Source of the DNA: an uncultured bacterium
GTDB taxonomy: Bacteria; Chloroflexota; UBA5177; JANWHV01
Direction: 5' to 3'
Assembly: GCA_963827235.1 (NCBI GenBank)
Contig: CAWHAE010000012.1
Span: 1-64,000, forward strand
DNA: 64,000 bases
The notes beneath the pieces were generated by a model. That model ran no database searches. It was not told the origin of the DNA and saw only the letters and a list, made by a program, of their open reading frames with translations. Positions within the stretch are counted from its first letter, which is position 1. Each line of letters begins with the position of its first letter. Position numbers and translations under genes: made by a program. Shown here in pieces: positions 1-10,536 of the stretch.

Positions 1-723
1 GACGCGGCGGACGAGCTGACCAGCGCCTCGACGGCCTCGGCCTCGGTCCGGCAAACCCCACCACCTATAGGTACGATGTCGCGGGCAACCAGACGGGCAG
101 CATGGGACAGACCGGGACGATAAGCAATACGTACAACCTGCGAACCAGCTCATCCAGGTGGTCGGCCCCAGCAGCAACCTCACCTTCGTCTACGACGGGC
201 AGGGCGATCGCCTGCGCAGCTACGACGCGTCAAGCGGCACGCCAACTCTCTCCAACTACGCGCAGGACCTGGAGGCCGGCATGTCCGACCTGGTCTCCGA
301 CGGTAGCGCGGACTACGCCTACCTCAATCCGGGCAGCGGCCAGGCGCCGTTGGCCGGCTACACCCTGAGCACCCAGCGCAGCACTACCCTGGGCACCGAC
401 CTGCTGGGCAGCGTGCGGGTGGTCACCGACCCGACGGGTGCCACCATCGGGGCCGGCGCCTACGACGCCTGGGGCGACGCCCGGCCCAACCCGGACACAT
501 CCACCGGCAGCGGCGCCACCCTGCTGGCCGGCCTCCTGGGCAGCCAACCCTTCGGCTTCGCCGGGCAGTACTACGACGCGGCGGCGGGCACGTACGGCAT
601 GCGGGCCAGGGAGTACAGCCCCAGTGAGGGCCAGTTCGAGAGCGTGGATCCGCTGCTGGACCAGACGGGCCAGCCGTACCAGTATGCGGGTGACGATCCG
701 GTGCGCACGACGGACCCGAGTGG
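1..723 (+). repeat. Direct repeat copy 1 of RHS core (copy 2 at 5670-6396)
   Basis: Long stretches of nucleotide identity with 5670-6396. Similarity ends at the DPxG codons. Confidence 0.95.
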
Positions 724-2341
724 CCAGGATGCGAACATCCAGTATGGCACGGCCAAGATAGCAAGTCTGGACGGCTATTACGAAGCTGACCCCTACTCCT
801 CGAATATGTTCCGCGATCGCGTCAAGGCTTGGTTCATCGCCAGGAATCCAGCCGTCAACTTCCGCGACGTCACGGACCTGAGCGGGAGCAGCGCGGGCTC
901 AGCCGACCTGATCAGCTTCGGCACCCCGTATACCGACGTAAACGGCGATCCCGTGGCCGAAATCTACGATGTGGTGCCCGACCTCCTCGTCACCCAAGGT
1001 ACAGGCGGCATCGTCGGCTGCGGGGCGGTGGGCCTGGAGACGCACGCGGGCGTCAGCTGCATGTGGCAAAGCCAGCTCAAGAACCTGGCCACGCTCCTGC
1101 AGGATGCAGCGCTAACGCCACAGTTGCAGTACTTCGGCAACGACACGGCCGAAGGCAGGCACACCCAGTACAATCCCTGCTTCGCCCGATCGGTGTCGCT
1201 TGACCTGGGCACCGACTTCCCCTTCTCCATGCGTGCCGCGCTGGCCAACCCGGGTGACGTGTATGGCTACTACCACGAGAACTCCGGCGGTTCGACCGCC
1301 GTGCTGACCCAGCCGGTGGATGGTCAGAACTACCTGGTGTTCCCGCGTCTGATGGCGCCTGGGTTGATCGGCTTCTCGGTCTGCTCGCACGACTCCGCCC
1401 ATAGCAGCGCAAGGCCGTGCGCGGATCCGAGCATCAACTATCCGTATACCCTCCAGCCAACCTGCCCATTCACTGGGCTGGAAACCGCAGTATGCGGCCT
1501 GGACATGTTCCTGGGGTCAGGCTTCACCGGCTACTTCCAGTGCACCAATCAGGCGTGTCGGGACGCAGCCCTAAGCTCGGTAGGCGGATACGCCTTGGTC
1601 GGCACGTTGAGTGGCCCAGCGGCTCGTGAGGTGCTCGGGACGGCAGCTGCCGGAGCTGGAGACCTGTTCAGGGTGGTCATACCGGGTCCTGAAGCCACTG
1701 TCGCCAGCCAGGCGGCGCTGGAGCATGCTATTGAGACTATTGAGACGGTGGCGTCGAGACCAGGCCAGACGTATGTGCGCATCGTCTTCGGCGGCAAGGT
1801 GGCCGCCACTTCCTGGTCGCAAGCCGCGAACATTGTGAAGAATATCGCTGTACTCGGTTCAAGCGGAACTGGCGTTGAGGAAGATCTCCTGCTCGACGGA
1901 TACGCGATTGGCCGATACGACAGCTTGGGAAACAGACTCTCTGGCACAGGCTTCCAGGCAAACCATCTGAACCAGGACGCGGCGTTCTCCCAAAGGGCGG
2001 CCGGCTATTCTGGGCCAATCATCCCGTCGAAGCAGGGCCTTGCCGCCAGTCTGTACGGTGATGCTTTCCGCGAACCTGGCTCACCACACTACCTGTTCCA
2101 CCAATCGCTTGAGTACTTCTGGGACCAGTACCGGCGCGGAAGCGCTCTGTTCAACGAGCGGCCTACCAACGCAACTTACGGCGAAGCGCTACGTGATGCC
2201 CTGCTAGCGAGCGGCGCCTCGGAAGCCGACGCAACCGCGCTTGCGGCAGCGGCCAGAGCGAATCGGTATGCATTTGGGCTGAAGGACGATATGTTAGTGC
2301 CAAACGTGCCTCGAAAGATCTACCAGGGTGCGGGGGACTAG
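1..2341 (+). CDS. RHS/YD-repeat polymorphic toxin, C-terminal part (5' end outside window, indels at 1-157), with probable HNH/EndoVII-type (Tox-SHH-like) nuclease tip
   Basis: YD repeats, RHS core (LGTDLLGSVR, YDAWG, PFGFAGQYYD, MRAREYSP..GQFESVDP, YAGDDPV..TDPSG). The C-terminus GFQANHLNQDAAF...GSPHYLFH resembles SHH-type nuclease toxins. Confidence 0.85.
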
Positions 2342-2437
2342 GCAGGTGACCATAAGTCTGGCACGGAAATCTGCGGTCTCACCAGAGGAGATTTCCGCTA
2401 GGATTAGTGAGTACCTGCTTAGTCTGAGGAGCGGCAG

Positions 2438-2917
2438 ATGAACGATCGGACACTTGCAGTGATAGAGCGACTGGGCCAGGTTGAGTGGTTCCGAAACGTC
2501 GGTGTAGTCGACACCAATGCGGCAATCGTGCTTACTTCCTGGAACGAGGCGATTGCCCGCTGCTCGGCCATCGAATGGGAGAACCTCACGCTGGATGCAG
2601 CTAATGCCATCGGGAGCCGGGTCCTCGCTGCCGCACCTAAGCGCTTTCAGCAGTGGAATGACGTCGTCCATGCGGTCAAACCGGCGGTTATTGCACTGGT
2701 CGCACGCAAGATCGAGCGGGTGATGCGAGAGAACGACCTTCCGAAGGTGTTCGATGACTGCGTCCAGTGGGACGTGCTGAATCTTGCCATGGAATGCGAG
2801 TACTCGGATATCGTTCCGCCAGCATTCTTCAGTGCTCAGTCCGCCTGGTATCTTCACGGGCATTTCCCGTGTGGCTGGGAGGGCACGCACGAGAACGGCA
2901 GGCCGGTGATTTACTAG
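2438..2917 (+). CDS. Putative cognate immunity protein
   Basis: Directly downstream of the toxin tip. The C-terminal YLHGHFPCGWEG...G...IY motif is typical of a family found after polymorphic toxins. Confidence 0.7.
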   Translation: MNDRTLAVIERLGQVEWFRNVGVVDTNAAIVLTSWNEAIARCSAIEWENLTLDAANAIGSRVLAAAPKRFQQWNDVVHAVKPAVIALVARKIERVMRENDLPKVFDDCVQWDVLNLAMECEYSDIVPPAFFSAQSAWYLHGHFPCGWEGTHENGRPVIY

Positions 2918-2933
2918 AAGGCGGGAGTTCTCA

Positions 2934-3926
2934 ATGCCGCACAAAGCACTGTTCACCGCTGCCGCCTGTGTATTGTTGAGCGACGCGGTCTCACTTGACC
3001 GCGTGGCAGGACTGGTACGCGCCACGGAGCCCGCGATTGAACGCATGCCTGCCGATTCTGCTTGGCCGTTCGGCGGCGAGCGCCTTGCGGTGGCCGCCAA
3101 CGATGGCAGTGGTTCCAGAGTGCTGGTGGACGTCATGTCCGGTGTATGGCCGGACGGGATGGGGGAACCGCAAGGCGATCCGGAGCTCTTCATGGCGTGG
3201 GGCCAGGGCCTGCTCGGCCCATTCACCTGGCCTGGCGCTCTTGCACGGGCCCGGCGTCTCCCATGGGTGGACGGTGCTGCGGCGGAAGGGGCGGCCAGGC
3301 ACACAGCGTTCATCATGCTGCGTGGCACACGTGCGGGTGATGTGGCTAGCGTGTACGACCCGCTCGCCGAGCTGTACCTATTGACGAGGCTCGCCTTGGC
3401 GCTGGAGAGTCTGCCGGAGGCGCTCTGCTACTTCAATCCCAACGGCGAGTCTCTGGCTACATTTGGCCCGCTTCGACAGAGTTGGCAGCGCGCCCGCAGT
3501 GGGGGACCGATGCCCCTCGACATTTGGACAAGCCGACGGCTGTTCAGCTGGGTACAGCTGCCCGGGTGGCACCTGATCGACACCGTTGGAGTTGGACAAC
3601 TCGACGACTTCCCTTTCAAGCCGTGGTGCATCGATCATGAAGCATGCTTTCCTGGTGGCATGTACGCACCAGCGGAAGTAGCGCTATTCCTTCTGAACAC
3701 CGCACACACCGTGGTGACCAGGCGGCAGCGACTACCAGATGGCACGACGACTGACGGGCCGGGCGGGATTTGGCATGTTCGCTATCACGGAGAGAGCCTG
3801 GAGTCGCCACCCCGCAACGTTCTGCGCTGGCTGCCGGCAGCGAGCCCGTCACCACCCGCTGCACTCGTGGACGACGCCGCGCTCCACGACCTCCGGGCTG
3901 GCCGAAGACCGCGCCAAACGCACTGA
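2934..3926 (+). CDS. DUF4261-like putative immunity protein
   Basis: LCYFNPNGE, DTVGVGQLD..DHEACF...EVALFL.N motifs, and position in the toxin/immunity array. Confidence 0.55.
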   Translation: MPHKALFTAAACVLLSDAVSLDRVAGLVRATEPAIERMPADSAWPFGGERLAVAANDGSGSRVLVDVMSGVWPDGMGEPQGDPELFMAWGQGLLGPFTWPGALARARRLPWVDGAAAEGAARHTAFIMLRGTRAGDVASVYDPLAELYLLTRLALALESLPEALCYFNPNGESLATFGPLRQSWQRARSGGPMPLDIWTSRRLFSWVQLPGWHLIDTVGVGQLDDFPFKPWCIDHEACFPGGMYAPAEVALFLLNTAHTVVTRRQRLPDGTTTDGPGGIWHVRYHGESLESPPRNVLRWLPAASPSPPAALVDDAALHDLRAGRRPRQTH

Positions 3927-4044
3927 CGGCAGGCTCGCTGTTGCCGGACAGCGTGCGCGAGATACTGGCAGCGGCAGCACCAGTAATCAGCAGGGTGACA
4001 GTGAGGTAACACTGCCCACAGTGAAAGGCACGTTGACAAGCTAG

Positions 4045-7000
4045 AGCGAGGGTAGGCCCGGCAGGTTATGGGCACCTGCCGGGCCTACCGCGGACGGTCA
4101 GCTCCCTCTGTCAGGCGCCACGCCGAACACCAACTCCCTGCTGCCCAGCCTGGCCACCTACCAGCTGGCCGGCGGCTTCGGTCCGCGCGGCATACTGGTC
4201 GACCACAACGGCAACGCCTGGACCTACGGCGAGTACGGCAACGAGATCGACCGCGTGGCCGCCGACGGCACCGTCAGCCGCTTCACCGCGCCCGGCTACG
4301 ACATCGTCGAAGGCATGGTGCTGGGCGCCGACGGCTCCATCTGGGCGGCCGGCTACTACGACGAGCTCTTCCACATCCAGCAGGACGGCACCGAGACGGT
4401 GGTCGCCCTGCCCGCCATCGACGGCCTGGGCTGCCTGGACGGGTCGGTCGAGGACGGCGACGGCACCTTCTGGCTGTCCGTCAACAGCACGGGCAGTTCC
4501 TCGATCGCCCACGTGGACGCGAGCGGCAGCCTGCTGGCGGACGACCCCCTGCCCGTGCAGGACGGCGGCACCGGGTCGCCGATGAGCCTGGCCTTGGGAG
4601 CGGGCCACGTGCTGTGGTTCGCGCTGGCGTACACGGGCGACATGCCGGCCTACCTGGGCAAGCTGGACACGGCCAGCGGCCAGGTCACCCAGTACCCGGT
4701 CTCCCTGGCGGGCGAGGGCGGCAACGGCTACCTCGTCGCGGCGGCCGACGGCACCGTCTACATGAACGAGTATGCGAACGACAAGATCGCCCGGCTCAGC
4801 GCCGATGGCACCTTCGGCGAGATCGACGTGCCCACGGCCAACGCGGGGGCGGACCGGCTGGCGATAGCGCCGGACGGCAGCCTGTGGTTCACGGAGCAGC
4901 AGGCGGGCATGGTGGGGCGGCTGGACGCCGGCGGCAGGATCGGCGAGTACCAGCTCGACCAGCCAGCGGGCAGCGTGCCCACCGGCATCGCCTTCGACGA
5001 GGCCGGCAACCTGTGGCTGACCATGCGGGACGCAGGCCGGGTGGTGGAGATCGCCGCGGATAGCCTGCCGGCCGCGGAGCCCACGGCCACCGCCACGACC
5101 AGCGGCACGGTCACCCCGGCCACGGCCACGCCCACGGCCGGCACGCCGGCAGCGGGCCAGGTGAGCATGCACCTGCATTACAGCTATGACGCGGCGGGCC
5201 GGCGCACCACGCTGACCTACCCGGACGGGCACACGGCGACGTGGAGCTACGACGCCGCGGGTCGGGTGAGCACGCTGACCCAGCCGGGAGCGGCGCCCAA
5301 CACCAGTCACGCCGGCTACGACAAAGCGGGCAACCTGACGCGGCTGCAGGCGGCGAACGGCACCAGCCAGGTGTGGGGCTACGACAGCGCCGGCCGGACC
5401 ATCGACACCACGGTGAGCATCTCCGGCACCGTGCTGTTCAGCCAGACGGACACCCTGGACGCGGCGGGCGAGCGCACGGCATCGAGGATAGCTGGGGTCA
5501 AAGCGCCTTCGCCTATGACCCAGCAGGCGAGCTGACCAGTGCGAGCTACCCGGACGGTAGCAGCGAGCAGGACGCGTACGACGGGCCCGGCAACCGCACC
5601 GTCATCACCAGCACGGTCACGCTCACCACCACCGGTGCACTCTCCACCACGGTGACCACCAACAGCTACGACGCGGCGGACGAGCTGACCAGCGCCTCCA
5701 CCGCCTCGGCCTACGGTCCCGGGCGAGCCCACCACCTACACGTACGATGCCAGCGGCAACCAGATGGGCAGCGTGAGTCCCACCGGCACGATCACCAATA
5801 CCTACGACCTGCAGAACCGGCTCATCCAGGTGGTCGGCCCCAGCAGCAACCTGACCTTCGTCTACGACGGGCAGGGCGACAGGCTGCGCAGCTACGACGC
5901 GTCAAGCGGCACGCCAACTCTCTCCAACTACGCGCAGGACCTGGAGGCCGGCATGTCCGACCTGGTCTCCGACGACAGTGCCGACTACGCCTACCTCGAC
6001 CCGGGCAGCGGCCAGGCACCGCTAGCGGGCTACACGCTGAGCACCAGTCGCACCACCACCCTGGGCACCGACCTGCTGGGCAGCGTGCGACTGGTCACCG
6101 ACCCTACCGGTGCCACCATCGGGGCCGGTGCCTACGATGCCTGGGGCAACGAGCGGCCCAACCCGGACACATCCACCGGCAGCGGCGTCACGCTGCTCGC
6201 CGGCATGCAGGGCAGCCAGCCCTTCGGCTTCGCCGGGCAGTACTACGACGCGGCAGCCGGCACGTATGGCATGCGGGCCAGGGAGTACAGCCCAACGCAG
6301 GGGCAGTTCGAGAGCGTCGATCCGCTGCTGGACCAGACGGGCCAGCCATACGAGTATGCGGGCGACAATCCGGTCAATCACACCGACCCCACTGGACAAT
6401 ACTGGAAAGAGCCGGCTCCCGGCTCACTCGAGTCGAAGATCGAGATGGCCGTCGATGGCCAGATCGTAGGCTCCGCGTACCAACAGTCAGGCGCCTCCAC
6501 CAGCTCAGACGTGCTGGGCCTGGATGTCGGCGTCTACACCTCCCAGGCAGCCTGCAAGCAGGGCAAACCCAGCCGGGTCGCCAACGTCGTCGACTTCGCC
6601 ACCGGCCACGTGTGGGACATCGAGCGCAACCTGGCGGACCAGATCGATCCGCACACGCAGCAGCCGTACGGGCAAGAGGTCTCGGAAGGGGGCGGGCCCC
6701 TCGATTCCCTGCTCTACAACCTGTCAGGGCAGGTTGGCTCGCACGTCATCTTGCCCTTGAATGGCTTCGGCTTTGCGCCGCTCCAGACCGCGACGCCGAT
6801 GCGGCTCGCCGGCCGGTTCTCGCTCGGCTCGAGCACCAGCTTTGGCCAGGTGTTCGGCCGCACCACCGGTCTGGTGCTGGTGGATGGCAAGTACTACCAG
6901 TGGCAGCTCGGTGCGGAAAATGCCCCGGGCCTGATCCTCTGGCAGCCCGGATCGCCCACCGACACCTGCGCTACAGGCGGCATGGTCGGTGGCCTGTACT

Positions 7001-8027
7001 GCTCGCTGGTGGCGCTCGCCAAACCGCTCGACCAGTCCATCAACATCTACACGCAGTTCGCGGGAAACGAGCACCAGTTCATCCTCAAGCGGACGCTCGC
7101 GGCCGCAGCAGGGCTCTTCCTGAACGGCACAGCGGGTTGGATCGTGGACAATGCCGTCGTGCTGGCCGATCCGCACAACTCGGGAGATGATAAGGCGTTC
7201 GCGGTTGTCAACGCGCTGGCTGCGTACTACGGAGGCAAGCTGCTGGGCGCAGGACTGCGACTAGCGGTCGGCAAGGTCGTACTGCCCACCGCAGCCTGGA
7301 TGAATGCCGCTGGACGATCAGTGCTGCAGAACGCCGGCAGGGCGCACATCCTCCAACTGGGCACGGACGGCACGACATCCGAGCTCAGCCAGACAGGCCA
7401 GCAGGCCATGGGTCAGGCGTTGTCTCAGTTGGCAGATGCGTCCGAGCGCTCGCTCCAGGATGCAAACCTTCTTCGCGGAACCGAGTATGAGGACGCAACG
7501 TGGAAGGACATCGACTCGGGCAAGCTCCTGAAGATCGGAGAGATCTCGGGTACAAGTTACGGTGCGCTCGATTCCTCAGATAGGCCGACCGGCGTGATCG
7601 CGCGCTTGTCCGCGCCTCTACATCCCGGTGGTGCAGCCTCGCGCGACATCACGCCTCCCGGGTACGTGGTGGAACTGGTCGGGGCAGTTTCAGGTGGGCC
7701 CGAGGGCATCTGCTCGGAGCACAGCTTGGTGGAAGCGGTACGACAAAGCGTAATCTCGTCACTCTACTTCAGAACCCAACTAATAGTCCCGTAATGTCAG
7801 GGTATGAAGACGCGGTAAGGGACTATGTCGATTCCAAAGGCACTGTATTCTACCGAGTGACTCCGGTGTACGATGGAAGCGTCTACGATCTTCGATTGGG
7901 AAGACCTGACGCGATTGAGATACAAGCGATCGGGGTTGGCGCGGATGGTTCGATCGGTCTGAAAGTGCACGTCAAGATCATCAATGACGCGTCCAGCCGC
8001 GTGATCCAGATGGGCAGCCCGGTATGA
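4045..8027 (+). CDS. Second RHS toxin module: Vgb-like beta-propeller + T/P/A linker + YD repeats + RHS core + DNA/RNA non-specific endonuclease (Endonuclease_NS_2-like) tip; frameshifts near 5478, 5722 and 7667
   Basis: Joins ORFs 4255-5535, part of 5241-7190, 5764-7794 and 7794-8027. Propeller repeats (GADGSIW, APDGSLWFTE, DEAGNLW). Across the last shift the tip reads RGHLLGAQLGGSG...NLVTLLQNPTNSPVMSGYEDAVR...VFYRVTPVY. Confidence 0.85.
4051..4089. repeat. Perfect 16-bp-stem hairpin (REP-like or terminator-like)
   Basis: ggtaggcccggcaggt-tatgggc-acctgccgggcctacc. No U-tract. Begins with (G)GTAG. Confidence 0.85.
5670..6396 (+). repeat. Direct repeat copy 2 of RHS core
   Basis: Near-identical to 1-723. 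Confidence 0.95.
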
Positions 8028-8845
8028 TGGGGACCGGCACGGTCTACCTGGTAACACGGAAGTTGCAGGTCGCAGATATCGCTGAAGTCGATAGTCTGCA
8101 GATTGCCTTGGGGGCCAGGTTTCCTGCGGGGTACACCCAGTACGTCACGCAACTCGGAGTCGGCTACCTCGACGGCTTGATATCAGTCTACTCGCCAGCC
8201 CACGTAATGGCTGCCACGAAGGCATTTCGCCAGATGTGGGAAACCGCGGAGCGATGGGCCGCTGGCCGATCAGTTCTTCCCCGCAGCAAGCTGATCGAGT
8301 GCATACCGATTGGCGAGACGAATTACCAGGACACGATCGTATCCCATCCGTCGGAGGCCGACTGCTGTTATGTGCTTCCTGCTGAACTGCGCTCAACCTA
8401 TACGGCGTCGTCGAGCGGGCTGTGGGGGGCTCTGGTCTGGATTCTCGAGTCGGATGTCATCGTGCAGAGTTCACCTCCGCTCGTCAAGTACTCGACAGCT
8501 GCAGAGCCAAGTCAAATTGACTTTCACTGGTTTGAGTCGCCGACTGATAGAGTGAACGTTGCGCTGACCAGTCGATCTCGCGACGCGTACAAAGTCGCCT
8601 CGCGAATATGCAATGAGTGCTTTGGATCAGTAGCCTCGTCACGCATCCTGTATCGGGGCAGCGTCACAGCGGATCTCGGCTTCTGGATATTCGAAAGCGT
8701 GTCGGCAAGCATGATCCATTGCGACTGGGACGAGGATGGAGCAGCAAGCGTGCTGCTGAGCTACGATGTGGAGGCCGACGCGAGCCTGGTCGAACGATAT
8801 ATCGCATTACTTGAACAGGTGGGTTTTGGCGCTCATAGGTATTAG
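8024..8845 (+). CDS. SMI1/KNR4 (SUKH) family immunity protein
   Basis: Overlaps the toxin stop (ATGA). N-terminal ALGARFPAGYTQYVTQLG and IPIGET motifs. Confidence 0.8.
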   Translation: MMGTGTVYLVTRKLQVADIAEVDSLQIALGARFPAGYTQYVTQLGVGYLDGLISVYSPAHVMAATKAFRQMWETAERWAAGRSVLPRSKLIECIPIGETNYQDTIVSHPSEADCCYVLPAELRSTYTASSSGLWGALVWILESDVIVQSSPPLVKYSTAAEPSQIDFHWFESPTDRVNVALTSRSRDAYKVASRICNECFGSVASSRILYRGSVTADLGFWIFESVSASMIHCDWDEDGAASVLLSYDVEADASLVERYIALLEQVGFGAHRY

Positions 8846-9010
8846 CAGGTAGTCTTAGTGCAGTTGCTCGGCGGTGACGACTGGTATCCCGCATTGCCAT
8901 GATCCGGCAAGTAGCTCGATAGGCGAGCCCAGGGTTGCGCGAACAACGTCAACCCAGCCAACCATATCAGCTGAGTCAACAGCCTCTGGAGAGACCCGTG
9001 CGATAGTGAG

Positions 9011-9094
9011 GTGACAGTCACGAAACGGTAGCTTCTGGACCATGCCACCGGAACTGATGCGCAAATGGGCGGCAGTTTCGATCCGCCAGTGAGA
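9011..9094 (+). pseudogene. Remnant of a toxin C-terminus
   Basis: VTVTKR*LLDHATGTDAQMGGSFDPPVR resembles the '..LLD.AT.ID..YG..F.PP.R' end of RHS toxin tips that precede this immunity family. Confidence 0.45.
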
Positions 9095-9107
9095 TATGAA
9101 TCCAGCG

Positions 9108-9662
9108 ATGGCAGCGTTCTACCAACTCGAACCTGAGGTCCTGGGCGAGCTCGGAGGCAACACCAAACTGGAGCTACGGACCGATACATTTCCTCTGGTG
9201 CTGCGCCTGCATTGCATTTTCACTGCCTGGCTGGGTGACGACCTGGTCACGTGCTACCCGTGTTACCTTGTGACACCACACCTATCCACGCAACTCGAGC
9301 GAGCAGGGTTGACCGGCTTCTCGCTCCGAGATGCCGAGATCACGCCGGACATGTACACGGCGCGTGACCATGCCTGCGACTTGCCGCTGTTCGCATGGCT
9401 TGACGTCATAGGGGTGCCGGGCAAGGACGACTTGGGACTTCTACCCGACTCCTCACTGGTAGTATCCGACGCCGCGCTGGCGCCAATGTGCCGCGCCAAA
9501 TCAAGGTCGACAAGCCGGCCGCGCCTCGGCGAAGGTTACTGGGCTGACAACAACCGTCACCACGCTCTGGGCCGCCTCACTCGCCTGGCTTCTATTCCTC
9601 CCGCCCGGCTCAGCTCGCGTTCAGTGTCACGGTGCCGAGAGCCACGCTGGCCCGAATGCTGA
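9108..9662 (+). CDS. Orphan immunity protein (LEPEV.G.LG...WLGD.L..YPCY family)
   Basis: Motifs YQLEPEVLGELG, WLGDDLVTCYPCYLVT, LPLFAWLDV.G.PG.DD.G, LVVS. The last ~55 aa look like a non-homologous run-on. Confidence 0.65.
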   Translation: MAAFYQLEPEVLGELGGNTKLELRTDTFPLVLRLHCIFTAWLGDDLVTCYPCYLVTPHLSTQLERAGLTGFSLRDAEITPDMYTARDHACDLPLFAWLDVIGVPGKDDLGLLPDSSLVVSDAALAPMCRAKSRSTSRPRLGEGYWADNNRHHALGRLTRLASIPPARLSSRSVSRCREPRWPEC

Positions 9663-10380
9663 GCACCGGCCCGGCATTCTCCAGGGCCGCGCGCGTCCAG
9701 TATCCGCCTTCCCTGGTCGTGAAGCCGTCCGAGGCATTGATCATTCCCAGGACGGACTCCGCGTTGATCCGCGCCGCCGTCGTGTTCGGCACGGCGATCT
9801 CGACGGTGGACATCCCGGACGAGATGTGTACGGATGCGTCCCGCTGCAGCGTGCCGCCGAAGTCGCACACGAATGCCGCCGCGCCGCCGTTCAACGTCAT
9901 GTCGGTGAAACCCGCGTTGGCCAGGTCGCGCAGCTCGTAGCTGCCGGCACCCGCGTCGACGTCCAGCAGGCTGAGCGTCCGCGGGTTGGGCTCGAGGAAG
10001 CGCATCACGTTCTTCCCGGCACCCATCTTGATCGAGAGTCGCGTGAGCGGCACGCCGCCGAGCTCGAAATCGGTGTCGCTCGCTCCCGTCTCGATCGAGA
10101 GCGTGTACGGCAGGCGCGTGCCGAGGGCCAGGTTGAAGGTAGGAATGCCACGGCGCCAGCCGAGCACCGCCGCCACCCGCGGCTCCTGCGAGATTCTTGC
10201 CGTGCCGCCTTCCTGGTGTACGCTGCACGGCAGGGTGCCGGTGGGGTCGTCGTAGGTGCCCGATACCCAATCGCCGCCGCCACCGCGTGTGATCTGCAGA
10301 CGGCAGGCGCCGACCCGTATGCGCAGGTGCAGCTCCACCGCCTCGGGAAAAGGTACGCGAATGTTCGTTACATCGCTCAT
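9610..10380 (-). CDS. Toast-rack / LiaF-like (DUF2154) beta-strand repeat protein
   Basis: Repeated GAG/GAS beta-strand motifs. RBS-like GGAGGG before ATG 10380. Confidence 0.6.
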   Translation of the reverse strand: MSDVTNIRVPFPEAVELHLRIRVGACRLQITRGGGGDWVSGTYDDPTGTLPCSVHQEGGTARISQEPRVAAVLGWRRGIPTFNLALGTRLPYTLSIETGASDTDFELGGVPLTRLSIKMGAGKNVMRFLEPNPRTLSLLDVDAGAGSYELRDLANAGFTDMTLNGGAAAFVCDFGGTLQRDASVHISSGMSTVEIAVPNTTAARINAESVLGMINASDGFTTREGGYWTRAALENAGPVLSIRASVALGTVTLNAS

Positions 10381-10536
10381 CCTGCCCTCCTTGCTCTTTG
10401 CCCGCCGATCGTCAGGAGGCTCGGCCGTGCCCGCCGACTGGAGAAATCGGGCGGCCTCGGCACGCGCATGTGTCGATCCCATGATCGGCAACGCGGTGCC
10501 AAGGGGCAAGCAAGGTGCGCAGTGTCCGCGGGCGCT

